This document shows positions 21,377 to 30,990 of a stretch of 32,000 bases of DNA, one piece after another. A program made the translations under genes and the position numbers. This stretch comes from Mycobacterium tuberculosis H37Rv (GTDB lineage Bacteria > Actinomycetota > Actinomycetes > Mycobacteriales > Mycobacteriaceae). Every line of letters begins with the position of its first letter. Position 1 is the first letter of the stretch. The notes below the pieces were generated by a model. That model was not told the origin of the DNA, did not search any database, and saw nothing but the letters and a program-made list of their open reading frames with translations. The stretch covers positions 1,650,001-1,682,000 of the forward strand of contig NC_000962.3 in NCBI RefSeq assembly GCF_000195955.2, in the 5' to 3' direction.

Positions 21377-22384
21377 ATGACATTGCCGTTGCTGGGGCCG
21401 ATGACGCTATCCGGCTTCGCGCATTCATGGTTCTTCCTATTCCTGTTTGTCGTGGCCGGACTGGTCGCGCTGTACATCCTGATGCAGCTGGCGCGCCAGC
21501 GGCGAATGCTGCGGTTCGCCAACATGGAGTTGCTGGAGAGCGTCGCACCCAAGCGGCCATCCCGCTGGCGGCATGTCCCGGCGATCCTGCTGGTGTTATC
21601 GCTGCTGCTGTTCACCATCGCGATGGCCGGTCCGACGCATGACGTCCGGATTCCCCGCAACCGCGCGGTGGTGATGTTGGTGATCGACGTGTCGCAGTCG
21701 ATGCGCGCCACCGACGTCGAGCCCAGCCGGATGGTGGCCGCGCAGGAGGCTGCCAAGCAGTTCGCCGACGAGTTGACCCCGGGCATCAATCTGGGATTGA
21801 TTGCCTACGCGGGCACGGCGACGGTCCTGGTGTCGCCGACGACCAACCGGGAGGCGACCAAGAATGCGCTGGACAAGTTACAGTTCGCCGACCGTACCGC
21901 CACCGGGGAGGCGATCTTCACCGCGCTGCAGGCCATCGCCACGGTTGGCGCGGTGATCGGTGGCGGCGACACGCCGCCGCCGGCGCGCATCGTGCTGTTC
22001 TCCGACGGCAAGGAGACGATGCCGACCAACCCGGACAACCCCAAGGGCGCCTACACCGCCGCCCGCACCGCCAAGGACCAGGGCGTGCCGATTTCGACGA
22101 TCTCGTTCGGCACCCCATACGGCTTCGTCGAGATCAACGACCAGCGCCAACCGGTGCCCGTCGACGACGAAACGATGAAGAAGGTCGCCCAGCTCTCCGG
22201 TGGAAATTCCTACAATGCGGCGACTTTGGCCGAGCTGAGGGCCGTTTACTCGTCGCTGCAGCAGCAGATCGGCTACGAGACCATCAAGGGTGACGCCAGC
22301 GTCGGCTGGTTGCGGTTGGGTGCGCTGGCGCTGGCGTTGGCGGCGCTAGCGGCGCTGCTCATCAACCGGCGGTTGCCGACTTAG
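21377..22384 (+). CDS. BatA-like membrane protein with von Willebrand factor A domain
   Basis: ATG 21377 lies 10 nt after the DUF58 stop. It has N-terminal TM helices ([18 protein letters not shown]; [15 protein letters not shown]), a MIDAS motif in [11 protein letters not shown], and a C-terminal TM helix ([16 protein letters not shown]). It is 335 aa. Confidence 0.88.
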   Translation: MTLPLLGPMTLSGFAHSWFFLFLFVVAGLVALYILMQLARQRRMLRFANMELLESVAPKRPSRWRHVPAILLVLSLLLFTIAMAGPTHDVRIPRNRAVVMLVIDVSQSMRATDVEPSRMVAAQEAAKQFADELTPGINLGLIAYAGTATVLVSPTTNREATKNALDKLQFADRTATGEAIFTALQAIATVGAVIGGGDTPPPARIVLFSDGKETMPTNPDNPKGAYTAARTAKDQGVPISTISFGTPYGFVEINDQRQPVPVDDETMKKVAQLSGGNSYNAATLAELRAVYSSLQQQIGYETIKGDASVGWLRLGALALALAALAALLINRRLPT

Positions 22385-22410
22385 CTTCTCCCGCGGCCCC
22401 GGCAGCCCGC

Positions 22411-22464
22411 GAGCGTAACCTGGCTGCGATTTCCGGCGCGGATTTTCGCAGTGCGGTTACGCTC
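22411..22464. repeat. Left 54-bp inverted repeat (R1) flanking the Rv1482c-like ORF
   Basis: Sequence: gagcgtaacctggctgcgatttccggcgcggattttcgcagtgcggttacgctc. It is 48/54 identical to the reverse complement of 23336-23389, and its own ends are self-complementary (gagcgtaac / gttacgctc). Confidence 0.8.
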
Positions 22465-23299
22465 GGAAAGCGCGGGCCTCGCCCACGCGGCGGATGATGT
22501 CAGCGGGGTGGTCCTCGGCGACGACCCGGACCACGATCCACCCGTAGCGGTGCTGGACTTTCTCGTGCCGGAGGATGTCTTTCCGGTAGTGGTAGCGACT
22601 GGTCAGATGGTGGTCGCCGTCATACTCGGCCGCGACCTTGATGTCTTGCCAGCCCATATCCAAATGGGCTTCCGCCCAGCCCCATTCGTTGCGCACCGCG
22701 ATCTGCGTCTGGGGGCGCGGAAAGCCGGCGCGGATCAACAACAAGCGCAGCCAGGTTTCCTTGGGGGACTGGGCACCGCCGTCGACGAGGTCCAGAGCGG
22801 CTCTTGCGGCCTTCATGCCACGGCGGCCCCGATAGCGCTCGATCAGCGGCTCGACGTCGGCCACCTTCAAATCGGTGGCCTGTATCAGGGCGTCGACGGC
22901 CGCGACGGCGGGGTCCAATGGAAATCGACTGGTCAGGTCGAGCGCCGTTCGCTCCGGTGTGGTCACGCGCATGCCCTCGATGACGCAGATCTCGTCGGGC
23001 TCGATGCGCTCTTCCCAGACTTGCAGCCCCGGGGCACGGCGGCGGTTGGTGTCGATGATCGCGGCGGGAAGATCCGCGTCGATCCACTTGGCGCCATGGA
23101 AGGCAGAAGCCGAGTAGCCGGCCAGCACGCCGCGGCGGCGCGAGCGCAGCCACAGCGCTTTTGCACGCAATTGCGCGGTCAGTTCCACACCCTGCGGCAC
23201 GTACACGTCTTTATGTAGCGCGACATACCTGCTGCGCAATTCGTAGGGCGTCAATACACCCGCAGCCAGGGCCTCGCTGCCCAGAAAGGGATCCGTCAT
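22457..23299 (-). CDS. Conserved hypothetical protein with C-terminal DUF559/Vsr-like endonuclease-fold region (Rv1482c-like); maximal ORF extends to 23476
   Basis: The open frame is 22457-23476 (339 aa). The C-terminus ...AHLDMGWQDIKVAAEYDGDHHLTSRYHYRKDILRHEKVQHRYGWIVVRVVAED resembles DUF559-type restriction-endonuclease-like domains. I prefer ATG 23299 (MTDPFLGSEALAAGVLTPYELR...), because the longer form runs through the right inverted repeat, the fabG1 promoter and 37 nt of the fabG1 CDS. Confidence 0.7.
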   Translation of the reverse strand: MTDPFLGSEALAAGVLTPYELRSRYVALHKDVYVPQGVELTAQLRAKALWLRSRRRGVLAGYSASAFHGAKWIDADLPAAIIDTNRRRAPGLQVWEERIEPDEICVIEGMRVTTPERTALDLTSRFPLDPAVAAVDALIQATDLKVADVEPLIERYRGRRGMKAARAALDLVDGGAQSPKETWLRLLLIRAGFPRPQTQIAVRNEWGWAEAHLDMGWQDIKVAAEYDGDHHLTSRYHYRKDILRHEKVQHRYGWIVVRVVAEDHPADIIRRVGEARAFRA

Positions 23300-23335
23300 G
23301 GTCGAAGTGTGCTGAGTCACACCGACAAACGTCAC

Positions 23336-23389
23336 GAGCGTAACCCCAGTGCGAAAGTTCCCGCCGGAAATCGCAGCCACGTTACGCTC
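23336..23389. repeat. Right 54-bp inverted repeat (R2) flanking the Rv1482c-like ORF
   Basis: Sequence: gagcgtaaccccagtgcgaaagttcccgccggaaatcgcagccacgttacgctc. Its reverse complement matches R1 at 48/54 positions. It ends about 40 nt upstream of the fabG1 -10 element. Confidence 0.8.
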
Positions 23390-23422
23390 GTGGACATACC
23401 GATTTCGGCCCGGCCGCGGCGA

Positions 23423-25011
<1,589 letters not shown>

Positions 25012-25016
25012 AACGC

Positions 25017-26051
25017 ATGCAATTTGATGCCGTCCTGCTGCTGTCGTTCGGCGGACCGGAAGGGCCCGAGCAGGTGCGGCCGTTCCTGGAGAACGTTACC
25101 CGGGGCCGCGGTGTGCCTGCCGAACGGTTGGACGCGGTGGCCGAGCACTACCTGCATTTCGGTGGGGTATCACCGATCAATGGCATTAATCGCACACTGA
25201 TCGCGGAGCTGGAGGCGCAGCAAGAACTGCCGGTGTACTTCGGTAACCGCAACTGGGAGCCGTATGTAGAAGATGCCGTTACGGCCATGCGCGACAACGG
25301 TGTCCGGCGTGCAGCGGTCTTTGCGACATCTGCGTGGAGCGGTTACTCGAGCTGCACACAGTACGTGGAGGACATCGCGCGGGCCCGCCGCGCGGCCGGG
25401 CGCGACGCGCCTGAACTGGTAAAACTGCGGCCCTACTTCGACCATCCGCTGTTCGTCGAGATGTTCGCCGACGCCATCACCGCGGCCGCCGCAACCGTGC
25501 GCGGTGATGCCCGGCTGGTGTTCACCGCGCATTCGATCCCGACGGCCGCCGACCGCCGCTGTGGCCCCAACCTCTACAGCCGCCAAGTCGCCTACGCCAC
25601 AAGGCTGGTCGCGGCCGCTGCCGGATACTGCGACTTTGACCTGGCCTGGCAGTCGAGATCGGGCCCGCCGCAGGTGCCCTGGCTGGAGCCAGACGTTACC
25701 GACCAGCTCACCGGTCTGGCTGGGGCCGGCATCAACGCGGTGATCGTGTGTCCCATTGGATTCGTCGCCGACCATATCGAGGTGGTGTGGGATCTCGACC
25801 ACGAGTTGCGATTACAAGCCGAGGCAGCGGGCATCGCGTACGCCCGGGCCAGCACCCCCAATGCCGACCCGCGGTTCGCTCGACTAGCCAGAGGTTTGAT
25901 CGACGAACTCCGTTACGGCCGTATACCTGCGCGGGTGAGTGGCCCCGATCCGGTGCCGGGCTGTCTGTCCAGCATCAACGGCCAGCCATGCCGTCCGCCG
26001 CACTGCGTGGCTAGCGTCAGTCCGGCCAGGCCGAGTGCAGGATCGCCGTGA
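25017..26051 (+). CDS. hemZ: Ferrochelatase (coproporphyrin ferrochelatase type) with Cys-rich C-terminus
   Basis: 344 aa with the ferrochelatase N-terminus [21 protein letters not shown] and the motif [17 protein letters not shown]. The C-terminal C-X8-C-X4-C ([15 protein letters not shown]) is consistent with actinobacterial [2Fe-2S] ferrochelatases. It starts 5 nt after the inhA stop. Confidence 0.93.
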   Translation: MQFDAVLLLSFGGPEGPEQVRPFLENVTRGRGVPAERLDAVAEHYLHFGGVSPINGINRTLIAELEAQQELPVYFGNRNWEPYVEDAVTAMRDNGVRRAAVFATSAWSGYSSCTQYVEDIARARRAAGRDAPELVKLRPYFDHPLFVEMFADAITAAAATVRGDARLVFTAHSIPTAADRRCGPNLYSRQVAYATRLVAAAAGYCDFDLAWQSRSGPPQVPWLEPDVTDQLTGLAGAGINAVIVCPIGFVADHIEVVWDLDHELRLQAEAAGIAYARASTPNADPRFARLARGLIDELRYGRIPARVSGPDPVPGCLSSINGQPCRPPHCVASVSPARPSAGSP

Positions 26052-26883
26052 CCGCGGACATCCGGGCCGAGCGCACCACGGCGGTCAACGGTCTCAACGC
26101 ATCGGTGGCACGCTGAGCGTCCGACAACGACTGCGTTCCGATCGGCAATCGACTCAGCCCGGCACTGACCGCGATGATCGCATCGACGTGCGCGGCATTC
26201 TCGAGCACCCGCAATGCGCGCGATGGCGCGTGGTCGGGAACCCGGTGTTGCCGTGACGATTCGAGCAACTGCTCGACGAGGCCACGGGGCTTGGCGACGT
26301 CGCTAGATCCCAGTCCGATGGTGCTCAAGGCTTCGGCGGCCGAGCGCACCGCTGACCGCAACGCGTATTCGGCATCGCCGAGCTCGTAGTGTTCCAACAC
26401 TGGGGCCCCGGGAAGTGAATACACCATCCAAGAAAGTGCACACAATTCGGGCGTGAGTGGCTCGCTCTGCGCGGCTTCGTCGACATCGCCATAGGAGAAC
26501 TCCGGGACCAGGCCAACGGCGCTGCCGGGATCCTCCGGGTTGGCGACGATCACCGCCTCGCCGGCGGCAAGGGCGTCGTGCTCGAACTGTGTTCCCGCAG
26601 CCAGCCCGCGCACATCGCCCGGCACCGGCAACACCACATTGATCGTCCCCCGCAGTCGGCGCCGGCCCACCGCGGCGCGCAGTGTCTGCAGGAGCGAGAC
26701 CGTTCCAGCATCGTGGACGTCGGGCCACGGCAGCCCGGTGTGGCCCGCAGCCACGGCATCATAAGCTGCGACGGATTGCGTTGGCGCCCAAAGTGATAAT
26801 GCATCCAACACGTCGTCGGGAGCAGCCTTGCCGGCGAGCCAAGCGTTAGCCCAGATCGACAGCGAAACACTGGGACACCACAT
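26017..26883 (-). CDS. Conserved Ala-rich hypothetical protein (Rv1486c-like)
   Basis: Only the portion downstream of the ATG at 26883 ([19 protein letters not shown]...) reads like a normal protein within the 840-aa minus-strand ORF; this gives 288 aa. Its 3' end overlaps the hemZ 3' end by 35 nt (convergent). Confidence 0.7.
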   Translation of the reverse strand: MWCPSVSLSIWANAWLAGKAAPDDVLDALSLWAPTQSVAAYDAVAAGHTGLPWPDVHDAGTVSLLQTLRAAVGRRRLRGTINVVLPVPGDVRGLAAGTQFEHDALAAGEAVIVANPEDPGSAVGLVPEFSYGDVDEAAQSEPLTPELCALSWMVYSLPGAPVLEHYELGDAEYALRSAVRSAAEALSTIGLGSSDVAKPRGLVEQLLESSRQHRVPDHAPSRALRVLENAAHVDAIIAVSAGLSRLPIGTQSLSDAQRATDALRPLTAVVRSARMSAVTAILHSAWPD

Positions 26884-26940
26884 GATCTTGCAGTGTAGTT
26901 GTTCGACCCGGCTGACGCGGATCACGCGTATCCTAAGCGC

Positions 26941-27375
26941 ATGCCCGTCGCTTTGATCTGGCTTATCGCGGCGTTGGTGCTCGTCGGCGCAGAGGCACTG
27001 ACCGGCGACATGTTCTTGCTGATGCTCGGCGGCGGTGCGCTGGCCGCCTCGGTAAGCAGCTGGCTGCTGGCTTGGCCGATGTGGGCCGACGGGGCGGTGT
27101 TTCTCCTCGTCTCGGTGCTGCTGCTGGTGTTGGTTCGGCCGGCGGTGCGGCGCCGGCTGACGCAGACCAAAGGTGTGCAGCTGGGCATCGAGGCGCTGGA
27201 GGGTAAGAAGGCGGTGGTGCTTGGTCGGGTGGCCCGCGACGGGGGTCAGGTGAAGCTGGACGGCCAGGTGTGGACGGCGCGCCCGCTCAACGACGGTGAT
27301 GTGTTCGAACCTGGTGACTCGGTGACCGTGGTGCAAATCGACGGCGCCACGGCGGTGGTCTTCAAGGACGTGTAG
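26941..27375 (+). CDS. NfeD-family membrane protein (short form with C-terminal OB-fold)
   Basis: 144 aa from ATG 26941. It has three hydrophobic helices followed by a soluble beta-rich tail ([14 protein letters not shown]...[16 protein letters not shown]), typical of NfeD partners of SPFH proteins. Confidence 0.85.
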   Translation: MPVALIWLIAALVLVGAEALTGDMFLLMLGGGALAASVSSWLLAWPMWADGAVFLLVSVLLLVLVRPAVRRRLTQTKGVQLGIEALEGKKAVVLGRVARDGGQVKLDGQVWTARPLNDGDVFEPGDSVTVVQIDGATAVVFKDV

Positions 27376-27396
27376 GGACTCGAGAAAGGAATTCCG

Positions 27397-28542
27397 GTGC
27401 AAGGAGCCGTTGCTGGTCTGGTGTTTCTGGCCGTCCTGGTGATTTTCGCCATCATCGTGGTGGCCAAGTCGGTGGCGCTGATCCCGCAGGCGGAGGCCGC
27501 GGTGATCGAGCGGCTGGGTCGCTATAGTCGTACGGTCAGTGGGCAGTTGACGCTGTTGGTGCCGTTCATCGACCGCGTCCGGGCTCGGGTGGACCTGCGC
27601 GAGCGGGTGGTGTCGTTTCCGCCGCAACCGGTGATCACCGAGGACAACTTGACGCTGAACATCGACACCGTCGTCTACTTCCAGGTGACCGTTCCGCAGG
27701 CGGCGGTGTACGAGATCAGCAATTACATCGTCGGGGTCGAACAGCTCACCACCACCACCCTGCGCAACGTTGTCGGCGGGATGACGCTGGAGCAGACGTT
27801 GACCTCGCGTGACCAGATCAACGCCCAGCTGCGCGGCGTTCTCGATGAGGCGACCGGCCGCTGGGGTCTGCGGGTGGCGCGGGTGGAGCTGCGCAGCATC
27901 GATCCGCCGCCGTCGATTCAGGCGTCGATGGAAAAGCAGATGAAGGCCGACCGGGAGAAGCGAGCGATGATTCTGACCGCCGAAGGTACCCGGGAGGCGG
28001 CGATAAAACAGGCCGAGGGGCAAAAGCAGGCGCAGATCCTGGCCGCCGAGGGCGCCAAGCAGGCCGCGATCTTGGCTGCTGAGGCCGATCGGCAGTCTCG
28101 GATGCTGCGCGCTCAGGGTGAGCGCGCCGCGGCCTACCTGCAGGCGCAAGGGCAGGCCAAGGCCATCGAGAAGACGTTCGCCGCGATCAAGGCTGGCCGG
28201 CCCACCCCGGAGATGCTGGCCTACCAATACCTGCAGACGCTGCCGGAGATGGCGCGTGGGGACGCCAACAAGGTATGGGTGGTGCCCAGCGACTTCAACG
28301 CCGCACTGCAGGGGTTCACCAGGCTGCTGGGCAAGCCGGGTGAGGACGGGGTGTTCCGGTTCGAGCCGTCCCCGGTCGAAGACCAGCCCAAGCACGCGGC
28401 CGACGGTGACGACGCCGAGGTCGCCGGCTGGTTCTCCACCGATACCGACCCGTCGATCGCTCGGGCGGTGGCTACAGCCGAGGCGATAGCCCGCAAGCCG
28501 GTCGAGGGTTCGCTGGGGACGCCCCCCAGGTTGACTCAATAG
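27397..28542 (+). CDS. SPFH/band-7 (stomatin-prohibitin-like) membrane protein
   Basis: 381 aa. GTG 27397 is preceded by GAGAAAGGA. It has an N-terminal TM helix, then the SPFH core ([12 protein letters not shown]...[17 protein letters not shown]...), then an Ala/Glu/Gln coiled-coil repeat region. Confidence 0.92.
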   Translation: MQGAVAGLVFLAVLVIFAIIVVAKSVALIPQAEAAVIERLGRYSRTVSGQLTLLVPFIDRVRARVDLRERVVSFPPQPVITEDNLTLNIDTVVYFQVTVPQAAVYEISNYIVGVEQLTTTTLRNVVGGMTLEQTLTSRDQINAQLRGVLDEATGRWGLRVARVELRSIDPPPSIQASMEKQMKADREKRAMILTAEGTREAAIKQAEGQKQAQILAAEGAKQAAILAAEADRQSRMLRAQGERAAAYLQAQGQAKAIEKTFAAIKAGRPTPEMLAYQYLQTLPEMARGDANKVWVVPSDFNAALQGFTRLLGKPGEDGVFRFEPSPVEDQPKHAADGDDAEVAGWFSTDTDPSIARAVATAEAIARKPVEGSLGTPPRLTQ

Positions 28543-28551
28543 AGTGGTCCG

Positions 28552-28908
28552 ATGAGTGGTTTGACCTCACCGAAAACCTATGCGGTACTGGCAGCTCTGC
28601 AGGCGGGCGACGCGGTGGCGTGCGCCATCCCGCTGCCACCTATCGCCAGGTTACTCGACGACTTGGACGTTCCGGTCAGCGTTCGCCCGGTGCTGCCGGT
28701 GGTCAAGGCCGCCTCTGCGGTCGGTTTGTTGTCGGTCACCCGATTCCCGGCCTTGGCGCGGCTGACGACAGCGATGTTGACGTTGTACTTCATCCTCGCC
28801 GTGGGGGCACATGTCCGGGTGCGAGATCGCGTTGTTAATGCGATTCCGGCGGCGTCATTCCTGACGTTGTTCGCGCTGATGACGGCAAAGGGGCCGGAGC
28901 GCACTTAA
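28552..28908 (+). CDS. Small integral membrane protein (possibly DoxX-like), co-oriented with NfeD-SPFH
   Basis: 118 aa. ATG 28552 lies 9 nt after the SPFH stop. Several hydrophobic segments are present ([49 protein letters not shown]). The family assignment is tentative. Confidence 0.7.
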   Translation: MSGLTSPKTYAVLAALQAGDAVACAIPLPPIARLLDDLDVPVSVRPVLPVVKAASAVGLLSVTRFPALARLTTAMLTLYFILAVGAHVRVRDRVVNAIPAASFLTLFALMTAKGPERT

Positions 28909-28941
28909 GCATGGAGGCGCAACTCGACCTATGGCAGTGGT

Positions 28942-29172
28942 GTGTCGGTCGGTGAGGTCGAGGTGCTCAAGGTCGAAAACAGCCGGGTGCGCGCCGAGCA
29001 GCTGGCCAAACTGTACGAATTGCGCTCAAGTCGGGATCGGGTCAGGGTCGACGCCGCACTAGCCGAGCTGAGCCGCGCCGCGGCCGCCCGCGGTTGTGCC
29101 GGTACTAGCGGGCTCGGCAACAACCTGATGGCGCCGGGGCCGCCCCATTCCCTCCTGGGACGGGATCGCTGA
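28942..29172 (+). pseudogene. Fragment of a methylmalonyl-CoA mutase large-subunit gene (Rv1489A-like ORF)
   Basis: The translation EVEVLKVENSRVRAEQLAKLYELRSSRDRVRVDAALAELSRAAA...NNLM matches the conserved linker segment of MutB/MCM alpha (..IDVLKVDNS.V...Q...L..LR..RD...V..AL..L...A....NLL). That segment lies between the barrel and the B12 domain. There is no barrel or B12 domain here, and the reading frame breaks after NLM. Confidence 0.65.
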
Positions 29173-29321
29173 CGCCACAATCGACCTGCTACGAAGGCTG
29201 GCCGAGCGGCTGGGGTACACACTGGATTGGCGAGCGATCCGTGGAGCCGAACCCGTTGCCACCGCCATTCTGCGTCGGTTAGTCTCTTTTTCGACCTTGG
29301 GGCGCGGAGGGTCGTTATGGT

Positions 29322-30629
29322 GTGTCACAGTGCTTTGCTGTCAAAGGCATTGGCGGTGCCGACCAAGCGACACTGGGCAGTGCAGAAATCCTCGTGAAAT
29401 ACGCTCAACTCGCTGACAAACGCGCTCGGGTATATGTCCTGGTGTCGACCTGGTTGGTCGTGTGGGGTATCTGGCATGTGTATTTTGTCGAAGCTGTCTT
29501 TCCGAATGCCATCCTGTGGTTGCATTATTACGCGGCCAGCTATGAATTCGGGTTTGTACGTCGCGGGCTGGGCGGTGAACTGATTCGCATGTTGACCGGC
29601 GATCATTTCTTTGCCGGCGCCTATACCGTTCTGTGGACGTCTATCACGGTGTGGCTGATCGCCCTTGCCGTCGTGGTGTGGCTTATCCTTTCCACGGGCA
29701 ACCGGTCCGAGCGCAGGATAATGCTTGCCCTCCTCGTTCCGGTGCTACCCTTTGCCTTTTCTTACGCCATCTATAATCCACATCCGGAACTCTTCGGGAT
29801 GACCGCGTTGGTAGCCTTCAGCATTTTTCTGACCAGGGCCCACACCTCTCGAACCCGGGTGATCCTCAGTACGCTGTACGGACTTACGATGGCCGTGCTG
29901 GCGCTCATACACGAAGCGATTCCACTGGAATTCGCACTCGGCGCGGTGCTGGCGATAATCGTGTTGTCGAAGAATGCGACAGGTGCGACAAGGCGAATCT
30001 GTACTGCGTTGGCCATCGGTCCGGGGACCGTCTCAGTATTGTTGCTCGCTGTGGTCGGGCGTCGCGATATCGCGGACCAGTTGTGTGCCCATATCCCGCA
30101 TGGGATGGTCGAAAATCCGTGGGCGGTTGCAACGACACCGCAGCGAGTTCTCGATTACATATTCGGTCGTGTCGAGAGCCATGCAGATTACCACGATTGG
30201 GTGTGCGAGCATGTGACCCCGTGGTTTAACCTCGACTGGATTACCTCTGCAAAGCTGGTGGCCGTGGTTGGCTTCCGCGCACTATTCGGTGCATTCCTCC
30301 TCGGGTTGCTGTTCTTCGTTGCCACGACATCGATGATCCGCTATGTCTCCGCCGTGCCGGTCAGAACCTTCTTTGCCGAACTGCGCGGCAATCTGGCGTT
30401 GCCGGTGCTGGCATCGGCATTGCTGGTTCCGCTGTTCATCACCGCTGTCGACTGGACTCGCTGGTGGGTGATGATCACACTCGACGTGGCCATTGTCTAC
30501 ATCTTGTACGCGATCGACAGACCGGAGATCGAGCAACCGCCGTCGAGGAGAAACGTGCAGGTCTTCGTCTGCGTTGTGTTGGTGCTGGCGGTGATACCGA
30601 CCGGGTCCGCCAACAACATCGGCAGATGA
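29322..30629 (+). CDS. Polytopic integral membrane protein of unknown function (Rv1490-like), GC-poor
   Basis: 435 aa from GTG 29322 with at least 10 hydrophobic segments. Hand-counted GC of four 60-nt lines inside the gene is about 48-58%, versus about 65-68% elsewhere. Confidence 0.8.
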   Translation: MSQCFAVKGIGGADQATLGSAEILVKYAQLADKRARVYVLVSTWLVVWGIWHVYFVEAVFPNAILWLHYYAASYEFGFVRRGLGGELIRMLTGDHFFAGAYTVLWTSITVWLIALAVVVWLILSTGNRSERRIMLALLVPVLPFAFSYAIYNPHPELFGMTALVAFSIFLTRAHTSRTRVILSTLYGLTMAVLALIHEAIPLEFALGAVLAIIVLSKNATGATRRICTALAIGPGTVSVLLLAVVGRRDIADQLCAHIPHGMVENPWAVATTPQRVLDYIFGRVESHADYHDWVCEHVTPWFNLDWITSAKLVAVVGFRALFGAFLLGLLFFVATTSMIRYVSAVPVRTFFAELRGNLALPVLASALLVPLFITAVDWTRWWVMITLDVAIVYILYAIDRPEIEQPPSRRNVQVFVCVVLVLAVIPTGSANNIGR

Positions 30630-30666
30630 GGCACCCCGCGGGACCACCCGAAGGCGGGCATGGTGA

Positions 30667-30990
30667 CGTAGGCCAACCGCCGCTGACATGCTTGGGACGG
30701 TGATGCTGTTGCAGGCCTATTAGGGGTTGTCGGATCGGGAGCCTTGTGACCGGTTGGCCCTTGATCTGCGTTGGGAGGCCGCGGCGGGGTTGACGGTGCA
30801 CGCGCCGTCGTTGCATCCCACGGTGTTGGTCGGGATGCGTAACCGGCTGCGGGCTTCGGATCCGACGTGTTGGTGGATGCACCATTTTCAAATGCCGTCG
30901 CGGGTCGAAACTTGGGTGCCGTCGAAGAATAACCCCACCAAAGGCCCTACATCAGCGCCGTCCTACGTTCGTGTGTCGGACAATCCTTAG
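30667..30990 (+). mobile_element. Degenerate remnant of an IS5/IS1182-type transposase gene (N-terminal DUF772-like region only)
   Basis: The frame through 30700 reads ADMLGTVMLLQAY*GLSDREPCDRLALDLRWEAAAGLTVHAPSLHPTVLVGMRNRLRASD. This matches the transposase N-terminal pattern LLQ..YGLSDR......R.D.(K/R)(Y/W)A.GL.....P.(F/L)H.(S/T)VL...R.RL. The frame is interrupted by an in-frame TAG (30721-30723), and no DDE catalytic region follows. Confidence 0.6.

Noticed and set aside
22451-23218. 255-aa plus-strand ORF opposite the Rv1482c-like gene
   Set aside because: Only one strand can plausibly code here. The minus-strand product has a DUF559-like C-terminus and a normal composition, whereas the plus-strand product is repetitive and Asp/Gly/Val/His/Pro-rich.
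26884-28539. Upstream 550 codons of the 840-aa minus-strand ORF (26017-28539)
   Set aside because: It lies antisense to the well-supported NfeD and SPFH genes, and its translation is Arg/His/Pro/Gly/Leu-rich low complexity with no motifs. It is a typical stop-free antisense frame in high-GC DNA. Only the part downstream of ATG 26883 is kept, as Rv1486c-like.
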